Positions 1 through 12,248 of a DNA stretch of 64,000 bases are shown here, piece after piece; positions within the stretch are counted from its first letter, which is position 1, and each line of letters begins with the position of its first letter. A program made the translations under genes and the position numbers. The stretch is from positions 149,174,001 to 149,238,000 of the forward strand of contig CM059431.1 in NCBI GenBank assembly GCA_030390025.1, in the 5' to 3' direction. Origin of the DNA: Squalus acanthias. Lineage: Eukaryota. The notes beneath the pieces were generated by a model. That model was not told the DNA's origin, did not search any database, and worked only from the letters and a program-made list of their open reading frames with translations.

Positions 1-365
1 TGTGTCCCACACTTTGTACCCAGTGTCAGCATCGAGCGCTCCGAGGGCAGATACAGCACGGGTTAGATACAGTGTAGAGCTCCATCTACATCACCCTGAC
101 AGTGTGCCCCCCACTTTATACCCAGTGTCAGCATCGAGCGATCCCAGGGCAGATACAGCCCTCTTAGATACAGTGCAGAGCTACCTCTACATTACCCCAG
201 ACAGAGTGTCTCCCACTTTATACCCAGTTTCAGCTTTGTGCGCCCCCAGGACAGGTACAGCACGGGTTAGATGCAGTGTAGAGCTCCCTCTACTTTACCC
301 TGACAGTGTTTCCCCACCTTATACCCAGTGGCATCATCGAGCACTCCCAGGGCAGGTAGAGCAGG
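1..365. repeat. ~102-bp satellite (reverse orientation)
   Basis: Tandem units; reverse complement of the 3930-4542 array. Confidence 0.9.
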
Positions 366-495
366 GGTTATCAACACACCCTCCGGGTCGGGAGTTGAAC
401 TCAGCTCCCAGAGGGTGAAAGCTCAGAGTCTGACCCCCTGCCCTCACTCCAGTCCCCAAGGAATAAAACGTAAGTTGCGGTCAGTTGGTTTTTTT

Positions 496-700
496 TTAGG
501 GCTTCCGGAAGAATCTGAGCACGAGGTAGCAGGCGAGACGAAAGGCCACCATAAATAGGAGGAGAATGACGACGTTGGCCCAGATCGGGAGGGTGACGTT
601 AAAATAGGCCAAGATCTCGTCCCTGGGGATGTAGGTAGAGCTGTTGGTTGTGTTTCTGTCCATATTGCAGTGTCGATAGGCTGAGTTCCCCGCTTTACAT
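496..700 (-). pseudogene. ABCG-family transporter, last coding exon
   Basis: TTTTGCAG acceptor, phase-compatible with the 1219-1427 exon; CKAGNSAYRHC...IPRDEILAYFNVTLPIWANVVILLLFMVAFRLACYLVLRFFRKP* resembles the ABCG C-terminal TM helix. Confidence 0.85.
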
Positions 701-724
701 CTGCAAAACAGAAAATTAATAAAT

Positions 725-1190
725 CATTTAGGGATGGTCCCTAACTATCCATCAGGCACATGGGGATGAGGGAGATGATTGAGGAGAGAGTGCGTTTAGG
801 AACAGTCAATAACTATCCAGGTAAATGGGGTGGGAGGAGGGAGGAATCTGATTGAGGAGAGGTCGTGTGTGAGTTTAGGGACGGTACCAGATAGCCATCA
901 GACACAAGGCTGAGGGAGTGTGTGTTTAGGGACGGTTCCTATCTATTCAGGTACACGGGTGAGGGATGTGACTGAGGAGAGTGTGTGAGAGTTTAGAGAC
1001 GGTCATGTGTAAGGGAGCTGAGAGAGGAGAGTGTGTGTTTCGGGTCAGTCCCTAACAATCAGGTACATGTGGAAGGCAGCTGAATGAGGAGAGTGTGTGT
1101 TTAGGGACAGTCACTAACTATGAGGAATATGTGTATGGGAGCTGATTAAGGAGAGTGTGTGTGTTTAGGGACGGTCACTAACTATCCATC
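725..1190. repeat. ~55-65-bp degenerate intronic tandem repeat
   Basis: GAGGAGAGTGTGTGTTTAGGGAC.GTC.CTAACTATC.AGGTACA units; inverted copies at about 2300-2500. Confidence 0.8.
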
Positions 1191-1218
1191 AAGGACAGAG
1201 AAGGAGCGTGGTACTAAC

Positions 1219-1427
1219 AGAATGGAGTGATCATCGGAGAACTCCACACTCAGCATGACGCGGAACTGTTAGATCACAAAGGCCAGATATCGAGCCCAGG
1301 TGACCCAGGCTGGCAACTTCTGGATGTCGAACCCGCCCAGCAGGAGAGACGTCAGCATGAAGATAGAGGCGAAGATGATGGACTGGTCAATCCTGAGGAA
1401 GTCAGCGCTGGTAAACAAACCGATGGA
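1219..1427 (-). pseudogene. ABCG-family (ABC-2 membrane domain) transporter, penultimate exon, premature stop
   Basis: Polypyrimidine-TAG acceptor and GTTAGT donor; translates SIGLFTSADFLRIDQSIIFASIFMLTSLLLGGFDIQKLPAWVTWARYLAFVI*QFRVMLSVEF (GGF..P.W..W..Y signature); TAA at 1269-1271. Confidence 0.85.
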
Positions 1428-1644
1428 CTAAGAGAAAGAGAAAGAGAGAGAGGAGGAGGTGCTGTGGAATGATAATTGTCCGTCTACAGGTAAAATCCAC
1501 CCACCGAAATGGACTTGTTGCTCCCTCTCCCACCACCCACCCACACCTTACCGCTACCGTAGCAGTCACTGGGATTCACTCTACCATCGGATTCAAAATT
1601 TCGTGTTTCGAGCCCACAATCCTAGGCCTACACTGCCCCTGGAT

Positions 1645-2248
1645 GCAAGTGCTGAGGGAGCGCTACACTATCGGAGGGGCATAACTGATGGAGCGCTGCA
1701 CTGTCGGAGGGGCAGTACTGAGGGAGCGCTGCACTGTCAGAGGGTCAGTACTGAGGGAGCGCAGCACTGTCAGAGGGTCAGTACTGAGGGAGCGTTGCAC
1801 TGTCAGAGGGGCAGTACTGAGGGAGCACTGTAATATCAGAGGTTCAGTTCGGAGGGAGCGCTGCACTGTCGGAGGGGCAGTACTGAGTTAGTCCAGCACT
1901 GTCAGACGGGCAGTACTGAGGGAGCGTTGCACTGTTGATGGAGCAGTAATGAGGGAGCACTCCAGTGTCGGGGAGCAGTAATGAGGGAGTACTGCAGTGT
2001 CGGCGGGGCACTACTGCGGTGCACTGCACTGTTGGAGGGGCAGTAATGAGGTAGCACTGCAGTGTCGGAGGGGCAGTAATGAGTGAGCACTGCAGTGTCG
2101 AACGGGCAGTAATGAAGGAGCACTGCATTGTCGGAGGGGCAGTAATGGGGGCGCACTGCTGCGTCGGAGGTGCAGTAATGAGGGAGAGCTGCACTGTCGG
2201 AGGAGCAGTACTGAGGGAGCACTGCAGTGTAGGAGGGGCAGTACTGAT
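1645..2248. repeat. 33-bp SINE-derived minisatellite
   Basis: GAGGGAGCGCTGCACTGTCGGAGGGGCAGTACT units. Confidence 0.95.
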
Positions 2249-2604
2249 GGTACAACCGGTTGACTCGTATAACAGGAGGAGGCAAATCAGCCCCTCGAGT
2301 ACTGATAGTTAGGGACATACCCTAAACATACACTCTCATCAACCAGCCCCCTTACACATGTACTTGATAGTTAGGGGTCCTCACTAAACACACACTCTCC
2401 TCAATCAGCTCCCTCACACATGTACCTGATATTTAGGAACAAGTCCCTAAACATACCACACACTCCTCAATCAGCTTCCTGACACATGCACCTGATAGGT
2501 TGTGAAATTAAATTCATGATATCTGTTTTTTTAAGGGCTGACTCCCGATCAAAGTGAAAGGGAAAAATTGCCAGGTTTGTGGGAAAACAACAAACGGTTG
2601 ACTC

Positions 2605-3241
2605 TCAGGAACTGGAGGAGGCCAATCAGCCCCCTAGATCCTGTTACAATAGGACCAGGAGGGGGCCATTCAGCCCCTCGAGCCTGTTACACGGGAAAAG
2701 GAGGAGGCCATTCAGCCTCTCGAGCCTGTTACACAGGAACAGGAGGAGGCCATTCAGCCACGAGATTGTTACACAGGAACAGGATGAGGCCAATCAGCCC
2801 CCTCGAGCTTGTGACTATAGGAACAGGAAGAGGCCAATCAGACCCTTCGAACCTGTTACTATAGGAACAGGAGGGGGCCATTCAGCCCCTCGTGTCTGTT
2901 ACACAGGAACAGGAGGAGGCCAATCAGCCCCCTCGAGACAGTTATTATAGGAACGGGAGGAGGCCAATCAGCAACTTCGAGCCTGTTACTATAGGAACAG
3001 GAGGGGACCATTCAGCCCCTCGAGCCTGTTACACAGGAGCAGGAGGAGGCCATTCAGCCCCCTCGAGACTGTTACACAGAAACAGGAGGAGGCCATTCAG
3101 CTCCAGGAACATGTTACTATAGGAACAGGAGTAGGCCATTCAGCTTCTCGTGCTTTTTACTTTAGGAGCAGGAGGAGGCCATTCAGCTCCTTGAACCTGT
3201 TGCTATAGGAACAGCGTGAGGCCATTCATCCCCCTCGAGCC
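2605..3241. repeat. 42-45-bp minisatellite resembling the CR1 3'-terminal motif
   Basis: AGGAACAGGAGGAGGCCATTCAGCCCCTCGAGCCTGTTAC units; compare TAGGAGCAAGAGTAGGCCATTCGGCCCCTCGAGCCTG at about 19487-19523. Confidence 0.9.
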
Positions 3242-3709
3242 ACGTGACTCCCGTCCCACGCTACTGAGTCTGACTTGCGCTACCTCCCTTCACACGCTGT
3301 ATCATGCAGGGCGGCAATCGGAGAGGGCTGGCTACATGGAGCGTGGTGGGGGGAGAGGGGGGCGAATATGACCGTGACAACCTTGCCGATCCTCCCATCT
3401 CCGTCCTCTCGGTTTGTGCTGGTGGATGCAGGTGAGTGGCGACTGACTGATGCGGCCTGGAGCTCGCGACCGAACCGGAACTTTGACCATCCACCCAGAA
3501 TCAAAGCGCGAAGCGGAAAAGTGTAGGGACATGAGCGGGTTTCCAAACCGATCGAAGATATTCCACGCTGCCCGAATAAAGTGCCTTGGGACGGGGGTGC
3601 AGGGACTTCAGTCACCTCATCTCCTCACACCCAAGCCTCACCAAACACCCACCGCTGATAGAGGAATTTGACCTCTGGCACTGGTGGCCTGTGCATTTAC
3701 CTACACTTT

Positions 3710-3912
3710 CATTCTTCTCCTATTCATGGTGGGCTTTCGTCTCGCCTGCTACCTTGTGCTCAGATTCTTCCGGAACCCCTAAAAAAAAACAACCGACCGC
3801 AACTTACGTTTTATTCCTTGGAGACTGGGTTGTGGACAGGGGGACAGACTCTGAGCTTTCACCCTTTGCGAGCTGGGGTCAACTCCCGCCCCGGAGGGTG
3901 TGTGGATAACCC
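3710..3912 (+). pseudogene. Inverted partial duplicate of the ABCG last exon and 3' UTR
   Basis: Reverse complement of about 364-569 (TTTCGTCTCGCCTGCTACC...CTCAGATTCTTCCGGAA.CCCTAAAAAAAAA...GACTCTGAGCTTTCACCCT). Confidence 0.88.
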
Positions 3913-3929
3913 GTTTAGTACCTGCCCTG

Positions 3930-4542
3930 GCTGCTGACACTGTGTATAAAGTGGGGACTCACTGTCGGGGTAATGTAGAGGGAGCTCTACACTGTATCTA
4001 GCCCGTGGTGTACCTGCCCTGGGAGCGCTCGGTTAAGTCACTGGTTTTAAAATGGGGACACACTGTCAGGGTAATGTAGAGGGAGCTCTACACTGTATCT
4101 AATCAATGCTGTACCAGCCCCAGGAGCGCTCGATGCTGTCACTGTGTATAAAGTGGGAACACACGTCAGGGTAATGTATAGGGAGCTCTACACTGTATCT
4201 AATCGAGGCTGTACCAGCCCCGGGAGCGTTTGTTGCTGACACTGGGTATAAAGTGAGGGACACACTGTCAGGGTAATGTAGAGGAAGCTCCACACTCTAT
4301 CTAAGCCATACTGTACCTGTCCTGGGAGCGCTCGATGCTGTCACTCGGTATAAAGTGGGAGCCACACTGTCGGGGTAATGTAGAGGGAGCTCTACACTGT
4401 ATCTAACCCGTGCTGTACCTGCCCTGGGAGCGCTCGATGCTGACACTGGTATAAAGTGGGACACACACTGTCAGGGTAATGTAGAGGGAGCTCTACACTG
4501 TGTCTAAACCGTGCTGTACCTTCCCGGGGAGCGCTCGATGCA
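3930..4542. repeat. ~102-bp satellite
   Basis: CTGTC(A/G)GGGTAATG recurs at 4265, 4367 and 4468. Confidence 0.9.
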
Positions 4543-4894
4543 AACTCTGTCTATCAGGACGCTTCTCTATCTGCTCCCCATGATCTTTGAATGTAACAAT
4601 CTAATCAAGTCTCTCCCTCCCGGTGTCGTCTCAGGCCTCGGAGGAGGAGCAGGACTGAAGATGGGCCTAATCATTTTGGACTCAGTACCACACCCTGACA
4701 GCTCGCAACTTCAAGCAACGGCGAGAAATCATCCTGTCCTGGTTCAACCTCATCCAGACCCTGAGTGTGGCCATCGTATTCGGGGCAGTTTGGAGGCAAA
4801 TCCCGTAAGGGGTGGAACAGATCCAGGCCCAATCAGGATTTGTACGTAATTCACATAAACCCCTCCTTTCCATAGAAACTGTTCGGGCAGCCAA

Positions 4895-6218
4895 CGGGCA
4901 GAACTGAGGGAGCGCCGCACTGTCGGAGCGGCAGTACTGAGGGGCGATTTGCACTGTTGGAGGGGCAGTAATGATGCAGCTGTGCACTGTCGAAGGGCAG
5001 TACTGAGGAAGCGCCGCACTGTTGGAGGGGCAGTATTGAGGGGGCACTGCACTGTCAGAAGGGCAGGATTGAATGAGCACTGTACTGTCGGACGGGCAGT
5101 ACATAGGGAGTGACGCATTGTCGAATGGGCAGTACTGAGGGAGCGCTGCACTGTCGGAGGGACAGTAATGAGGAAGCGCTCCACTGTCGGAGGGAAGTAC
5201 TGAGGGAGCGCTACCCTGTCGGAGGAACAGTACTGAGGGAGACCTGCACTTTCGGAGGGGCAGTACTGAGGGAGCGCTGCCCTGTCGAAGGGGCAGTACT
5301 GAGGGAGCGCTGCCCTGTCGGAGGGACAGTACTGAGGGAGTGCTGCACTGTCGGAGGGGCAATACTGAGGGAGCGCTGCCCTGTCGAAGGGGCAGTACTG
5401 AGGGAGCGCTGCCCTGTCGAAGGGGCAGTACTGAGGGAACGCTACATTGTAAAATGGCAGTACAGAGCGAGCACTGCGATGTCGGAGGGGCAGAATTAAG
5501 GGAGCGCTGCACTGTAGGAGTGCAGTACTGATGGAACGCCACACTGTCAGTGGATCTGCACTGAAGGAGCGCTGCTCTACCGAAAGTGTGGTACGGAGGG
5601 AGCACTCCACTGTCGGAGTGGCTGTATTGAGGGAGCACTTCACTGTGGGAGAATCAGTACTGAGGTTCGCTGCACGTTCGGAGGTGCAGTACTGAGTGAT
5701 CGCTCCTCTGTTAGAGTGGCAGTACTGAGGGTGTGTGCTGCAGTTTCGGAGGGGCAGTACTGAGGGAGCGCTGCACTGTCGGAGGGGTAGTACTGAGGGA
5801 GTGCTGCACTGTCGGAGGTTTAACTGAGGGAGAACTGCTGTGTCGCAGGGGCAATACTGAGGGAGTGCTGTACTGCCAAAGTGTGGTACGGAGGGAGCAA
5901 TCCACTGTCGGAGGGGCAGTATTGAGGGAGCGCTTCACTGTGGGAGAATCAGTACTGAGGGAGCGCTGCACTGTCGGAGGGGCAATACTGAGGGAGCGCT
6001 GCATTTTCGGAGAAGCAGTACTGAGGGAGCGCTCCTCTATTAGATTGGCAGTACTGAGGGAGCGCTGCACTGTCGAAGGGGTAGTACTGAGGGAGTGCTG
6101 CACTGTCGGAGGGGTAACTATGAGGGAGTGCTGCACTGTCGGAGGGGTAACACTGAGGGAGTGCTACACTGTCGGAGGTGTAGTACTGAGGGAGTGCTGC
6201 AGTGTCGGAGGCCCAGTA
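4895..6218. repeat. 33-bp SINE-derived minisatellite
   Basis: Same unit as 1645-2248. Confidence 0.95.
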
Positions 6219-8685
6219 TTTTTTTTTTATTCGTTGCTGGGCTTTGGGCGTCCCTGGAAAGTCCAACAATTATTGCCCATCCATAATTGCTCTCGAGAAG
6301 GCGGTGGTGAGCCGCGTTAAAAACCGCTGCAGTCCATCTGCTGAAGGTACTCGCACAGTGCTGTTTGGGAGAGATTCTCAGGATTTTGACCCAGCGACGA
6401 AGAAGGATCGGCGTTATATTTCTGTGTCAGGATCATGTGTGACTTGCAGGTTAACTAGGAGGTCGTGGTGATCCCATGCGCCCTGCTACTCTTGTCCTTC
6501 GAGGTAGAAGACGTCGCGTGTTTGGGAGGTGCTGCCGAAGATTCCTATGTGAGTTACTGCAGTGAATCTTGTGGGTGGTACACACTGCAGCCACGGTACG
6601 CCGTTGGTGGAGGGAGTGAATGTTTAAGGTGGTTGACTTGGTGCCAACCAAGTGGGCTGCTTTGCTCTGGATGATGTTGAGCTTCTTGAGTGTTGTTGGA
6701 ACTGCACTCATCCAGGAAAGTGGAGAGTATTCCATCACACTCTTTACTTGTGTCTTGTACATATCGGAATGGCTTTGATGAGTCAGGAGGTGAGACAATC
6801 GCAGCAGAATACCTAGCCTCTGACCTGCTCTTGTTGCCACAGTATTTATGTGGCTGACCCAGTTAGGTTTCTGGTCAATGGTGATCCCCAATTGTTGATG
6901 GTGGGGGATTCGGTGATGGTAACGCAGTTGAATGTCAAGGAGCGTTGGTTAGACTCTCGCTTGTTGGAGATAATCTTTCCCTGGCACTTCTGTGGCGTGA
7001 ATGTTAACTGCCACTTATCAGTACCAGCCTGAACGTAGTCCATGTCTTGTTGCATGCGGGCATAGGCTGATTCATTATCTGTGGATTTGTGAATGGGAGG
7101 AAAACTGTGCAGTCGTCAGCGAACATTCCCATTTCTCATCTGATGTTGGAGGGAAGGACATTGATGAAGCAGCTGAAGATGGTTGGGCCTAGGACACTGC
7201 CCTAAGGAACTTCTGCAGCGAAGTCCTGGGGCTGAGATGATTGATCTTAAATCACCACAGCGATCTTCATTTGTGATAGTTATGACTCCAGCCAGTGGAG
7301 CTATTTCCCCCTGATTCCCAATAGCTTCAATTTTACTAGGGCTCCTTGATGCCACTTTCGGTCAAATGCTGCCTTGATGTCAAGGGCAGTCACTCTCACC
7401 TCACCTCTGGAATTCAGCTAATTTGTCCATATTTGGGCGAAGGCTGTATTGAGGTCGGGAGCCTAGTGGTCTTAGCGGAACCCAAACTGGGCTTCAGTGA
7501 GCAGGTTATTGGTGAGTAAGTGCCGCATTATAGCACTGTCGATGACACTTTCCATCATTTTGCTGATGATTGAGAGTAGACTGATGGGGCGGTAATTGGC
7601 CGGATTGGATTTCTCCTCCTTTTTGTGGACAGACATACCTGGATAGTTTTCCACATTGTCGGGTAGATGCCAGTGTTGTAGCTGTGCTGGAACAGCTTGG
7701 CTAGAGGCGCGGCTAATTCTGGAGCACAAGTCTTCAGCACAACAGCCGGGATTTTGTCGGGTCCCATAACCTTTGCTATATCCAGTGCGCTCAGTCGTTT
7801 CTTGATGTCACGTGGAGTGAATCGAATTGGCTGAAGACTGTCTGCTGTGATGGTGGGGATCACAGGAGGAGGCCGATATGTCATCCACTCGGCAGTTCTG
7901 GCTGAAGATGTTTGCAAAAACGTCAGCCTTGTCTTTTGTACTCAAGTCTTGGGCTCCACCATTATTGAGGATGAGGATATTCATGGCGCTTCTTCCTCCC
8001 AGTAGTTGTTTGATGGTCCACCACCATTCACGACTGGATATGGCAGGACTGCAGAGCTTTGATCTGATCCGTTGATTGTGGGATCACTTCGCCCTATCTA
8101 TAGCAGGCTGTTTCCGCTTTTTAGCCTGCATAAATTCCTGTGTTGCAGCTTCCCCAGATTGGACCTCATTTTTAGTTGAGCCTGGTGCTGATCCCGGCAT
8201 TCCCTTCTACAATCCTTATTGAACTAGGATTGTTCCCCTAGCTTGATGGTCATGGTAGAGTGAGAGATATGCCGGGCCATGAGGTTACATATTGTGGTGG
8301 AATACAATTCTCCTGTTGCTGATGGCCCATCTACCAAGGCTGTCATGGACAGATGCATCGGCGACAGGCAGATTGGTGAGGACGTGGTCAAGTAAATTTT
8401 TGCCTCGTGTTGCTTCTCTGACCTCCTGTCGCATGCCCAAACTTGTCTGTCCTTCAGGATTAGGCCTGCTCGGACAGTAGTGGAGCTACCGAGCCACCTT
8501 GGTGATGGACATTGAAGTCCCCCACCCTTGCTATACTCAGAGCTTCTTCCAAGTGCTGTTCAACATGGAGGAGTACTGATTCATCAGCTGAGGGAGGGCG
8601 GTAGGTGGAAATCAGCAAGAGGTTAGCTTGCCCATGCTTAACCTGAATCTATGAGTCTTCATGGGGTCTGGAGTCAATTTTGCTT
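6218..8685 (-). mobile_element. Degenerate CR1/L2-group LINE ORF2 (endonuclease part and RT)
   Basis: Frameshifted peptides NPANYRPISLLSIISK, AQFGFR, RAGQRLGILLR; A-rich tail at about 6218-6230. Confidence 0.88.
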
Positions 8686-8694
8686 TCCCTTCGC

Positions 8695-11600
8695 TGTGAG
8701 TTTTTGATGGGGCAGTGTAGAGGGCGACTAACTCTGTATCTAACCCGAGCTGTACCTGCCCTGGGAGTGTTTGATGGGGCAGTTTGGAAGGGAGCTTTAC
8801 TCTGTATCTAAACTGTGCTATACCTGCCCGGGGACTATTTGATGGGACAGGTTAGAGGCAGCTTTACTCTGTATCTACCCAGTGCTTTACCTGCTTTGGG
8901 GGTGTTAGATGCGGCAGTTTACAAGGAGATTTCCTCTCTATCTAACTCATGCTGTACGTATACTGTGAGTGATTGATGGGACAGTGCAGATAAAGCTTTA
9001 CTCTGCGTTTCACCAGTGCTGCACGTTCCCTGGGAGTGTTTGATGCAACAGTGCAGAGGGAGATTTACTCTGTATCTAACCAGTGCTATAAAGGCCCTGG
9101 CCGTGTTTGATCGGACAATGTGGAGGAAGCATAGTCTTTATCTAACCATTGCTTTACATGCTCTGGGAGTGCTTGATGGGACAGTGTGGATTCAGCTTTA
9201 CTCCGTATCTAACCCGTTCTTTAACTGCCCTGGGAGCGTTTGATGGGGCAGTATAAAGGGAGCTTGACTCTGCATTTAACCCTTGCTTTACCTGCCCTGT
9301 GAGTGCTTGTTAGGAGAGTGTACAGGGAGCTTGGCTCTGTATCTAACCAGTGTTGTACGTGCCCTGGGAGAGTTTGATGATACAATGTCGAGGAAGATTT
9401 ACACTTTATCTAACCATTGAGTTGCATGCCCTATGACAGTTAGATGGGACAGTGTGAAAGGAGATTTACTCTTTATCTAACCCGTGCTGTGCCTGCCCTG
9501 GGAGAGTTAGCTGGGGCAGCGTAGAGGGAGCTTTACGCTGTATCTAACCAGTGCTGTACGTGCGCTGGGAGTCATTGACGAGACAGTGCAGTGGGAGCTT
9601 TACTCTGTATCTAACTCGTGCTGTACCAGCCCTGGAACTGTTTGATGGCACAGTGTTTTTTTGATCGTTTCTTTATGGGATGTGGGCGTCGCTGGCAAGG
9701 CCAGCATTTATTGCCCATCACTAATTGCACTTGAGAAGGTGATTCTGAGCCGCCTTCTTGAAACGCTGCAGTCCGTGTGGTGAAGGTACTCCCACAGTGC
9801 TGTTAGGTAGGGAGTTCCAGTATTTTGACCCAGCGACGATGAAGGATCGGAGATATACTTCTATGTCAAGATGGTCTGTGACTTGGAGGGGAACTTGGAG
9901 GTGGTGGAGTTCCCATGCGTCTGCTGCCTTGTCCTTTTAGATGGTAGAGGTCGCGGGTTTGGCAGGTGCTGCCGAAGAAACCTTGACGAGTTGCTGTCGT
10001 GCATGTTGTAGATGGTACACACTGCAGCCACGGTACGCCAGTGGTGGAGGGAATGAATGCTTAAGGTGGTGGATGGGGTGCCAATCAAGCGGGCTGCTTT
10101 GTCCTGTATGGTGTCGAGCTTCTTGAGTGTTGTTGGAGCTGCACTCAATCAGGCAAGTGGAGAGTATTTCATCACACTCCTTTCTTGTGCCTTATGGATG
10201 GTGGAAAGGCTTTAGGGAGTCAGGAGGTGAGACACTCGTCGCAGAATAACTAGCCTCTGACCTGCACTTGTTGCTCTAGTATTTATGTGGCTGGACAAGT
10301 TAAGTTGCTGGTAAATGGTGAACCCCAGGATGTTGATGGTGAGGGATTCGGCGACGGTAATGCCATTGAATGTCAGGTTGCGGTGGTTGGACTCTCGCTG
10401 TTGGAGATAAGCATTTCCTGGCACTTCTATGGCGCGAATGTTACTTGCCACTAATCAGCCCAAGCCCGAACTTTGTCCAAGTCTTGTTGCATGCGGACAT
10501 TGACTTCTTCATTATCTGAGGAGTTGTGAATGGCACTTAAAACAGTGCAGTCATCAGCGAACATCCCCATTTCTGACCTTATGTTGGAGGGAAGGTCATT
10601 GATGAAGCCACTGAAGATGGTTGGGGCTAGGACACAGCCATGAGGAACTCCTGCACCGATGTCCTGGGGCTGTGATGATTGACTTTCAATCAGCACAATC
10701 ATCTTCCTTTGTGCTATGTATGACTCCAGCCAGTGGAGAATTTCCTCTCCCGATTTCCATTGATTGCAATTTTATAGGGGCACCTTCATCTCACACTCGA
10801 TCAAATGCTGCCTTGATGTTTAGAGGAAGACTCACTCTGTATCTAGCTCGTGCTGTACCTGCCCAGGGAATGTTTGATAGGTCTGTGCAGAGGAAGATTT
10901 ATTCTGTACCTAACCGCTGCTGAACCTGCCAGAGAGTTTTTGATTGGATACTGTGGAGGGAGATTTACTCTGTATTTAACCAGTGTTGTACGTGCCCTCG
11001 GAGTGATGGATGGGACAATATAGAGGAAGCTTAACTCATTTTCAAAACATTGTTTTACGTGCACTGAAACTGTTGGATGGGACAGTGTAAAGGGAGATTT
11101 AATCTGTAATAAACCCGTGCGGTACCAGCCCTGGGAGTGTTTTAATGGGACAGTGTAGATGGAGCTTCACTCTGTACCTAACCCGTGCTGTACCAACCCT
11201 GGGACTGTGTGATGTGACAGTGTAGATGCTGCTTTACTCTGCAGCTAACCCGTGCTGTACCTGCCCTGCGAGTGTTTGATGCGACAGTGTAGAGGAAGCT
11301 TTACTTTTTATCGAACCCGTGCTCTACCTGTCCTAGGAGTGTTTGCTGGGACAGTGTAGAAGGTGCTTTGCACTGTTTCTAACACGTGCTGTACCTGCCC
11401 TGGGAATGTTTGATGGGACAATGTAGAGGAAGCTTGACTCTGCATCTTACCAGTGCTTTACCTACTTTGGGGTTGCTTGGTGGAACATTTCAGAGGGAGA
11501 TTTATTCTGTATCGAACCCGTGCTGCACATGCCCTGGGAGTGTTTGATGGGACAATGTGGAGGAAGCATCACTCTTTATCTAACCATTGCTTTACGTGCG

Positions 11601-12248
11601 TGGGCATGTTTGATGGGACAGTTTAGAGAGAGTTTTACTCTGTATCTAAACAGTGCTGTGCCTATCCTGTGAGTGTTTGATGGGACTGTGCAGAGGAAGA
11701 TGTATCTGTGTTTCACCAGACCAGCACGTGCCCTGGGAGTGTTTGATGGTACAATGTAGAGGGAGCTTGACCCCGTATCTAACCCGTGCTGTACCTTCCC
11801 TGTCAGTGTTTGATGGGACTGTGTCGAGGGAGCTTTACTCTGTATCTAACCCCGTGCTGTACCTACCCTGGGATTGTTTCATGTGACAGTGTAGAGGGAT
11901 CATTACTCTCTATCTGAACCGTTCTGTACCAGCCCTTGGAGTGCTTGATGATACAGTGTAGAGGGAGGTATACTCTGTATCGAACCATTGCTGTACCTGC
12001 TTTCGGAGGATTGATTGGAGAGTGTAGAGTGATATTTAATCTGTATCTAACCAATGCTGTACCTGCCCTGGGAGTGTATGGTGGGACAGTGTAGAGGGAG
12101 ATTTATTCTCTATCTAAATCATGCTGTACCTATCGTGGCATTGTTTGTAGGACAGTGCAGAGGAAGTTATATTCTGTGTGTCACCAGAGCAGCATGTGCC
12201 CTGTACGTGTTTGATGGTATGGTGTAGATGGAGCTTTACTCTGTATCT
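8695..12248. repeat. 67-bp satellite array interrupted by a LINE at about 9656-10822
   Basis: CTGGGAGTGTTTGATGGGACAGTGTAGAGGGAGCTTTACTCTGTATCTAACCCGTGCTGTACCTGCC units. Confidence 0.93.
9656..10822 (-). mobile_element. 5'-truncated LINE, same family as 6218-8685
   Basis: GVPHGCVLAPTIF...MFADD RT motifs. Confidence 0.88.

Noticed and set aside
3250..3700. CpG-containing unique-looking segment with a GCAG|GTGAGT donor and several short ORFs
   Set aside because: No recognisable protein or partner exon, so no call can be supported
1459..6320. Long Cys/Pro/Arg-rich ORFs on both strands (e.g. 4682-5638, 4750-5643) and similar ones at 27241-29620
   Set aside because: Translations of the 33-bp minisatellite; the unit length is a multiple of three, so frames stay open without being genes
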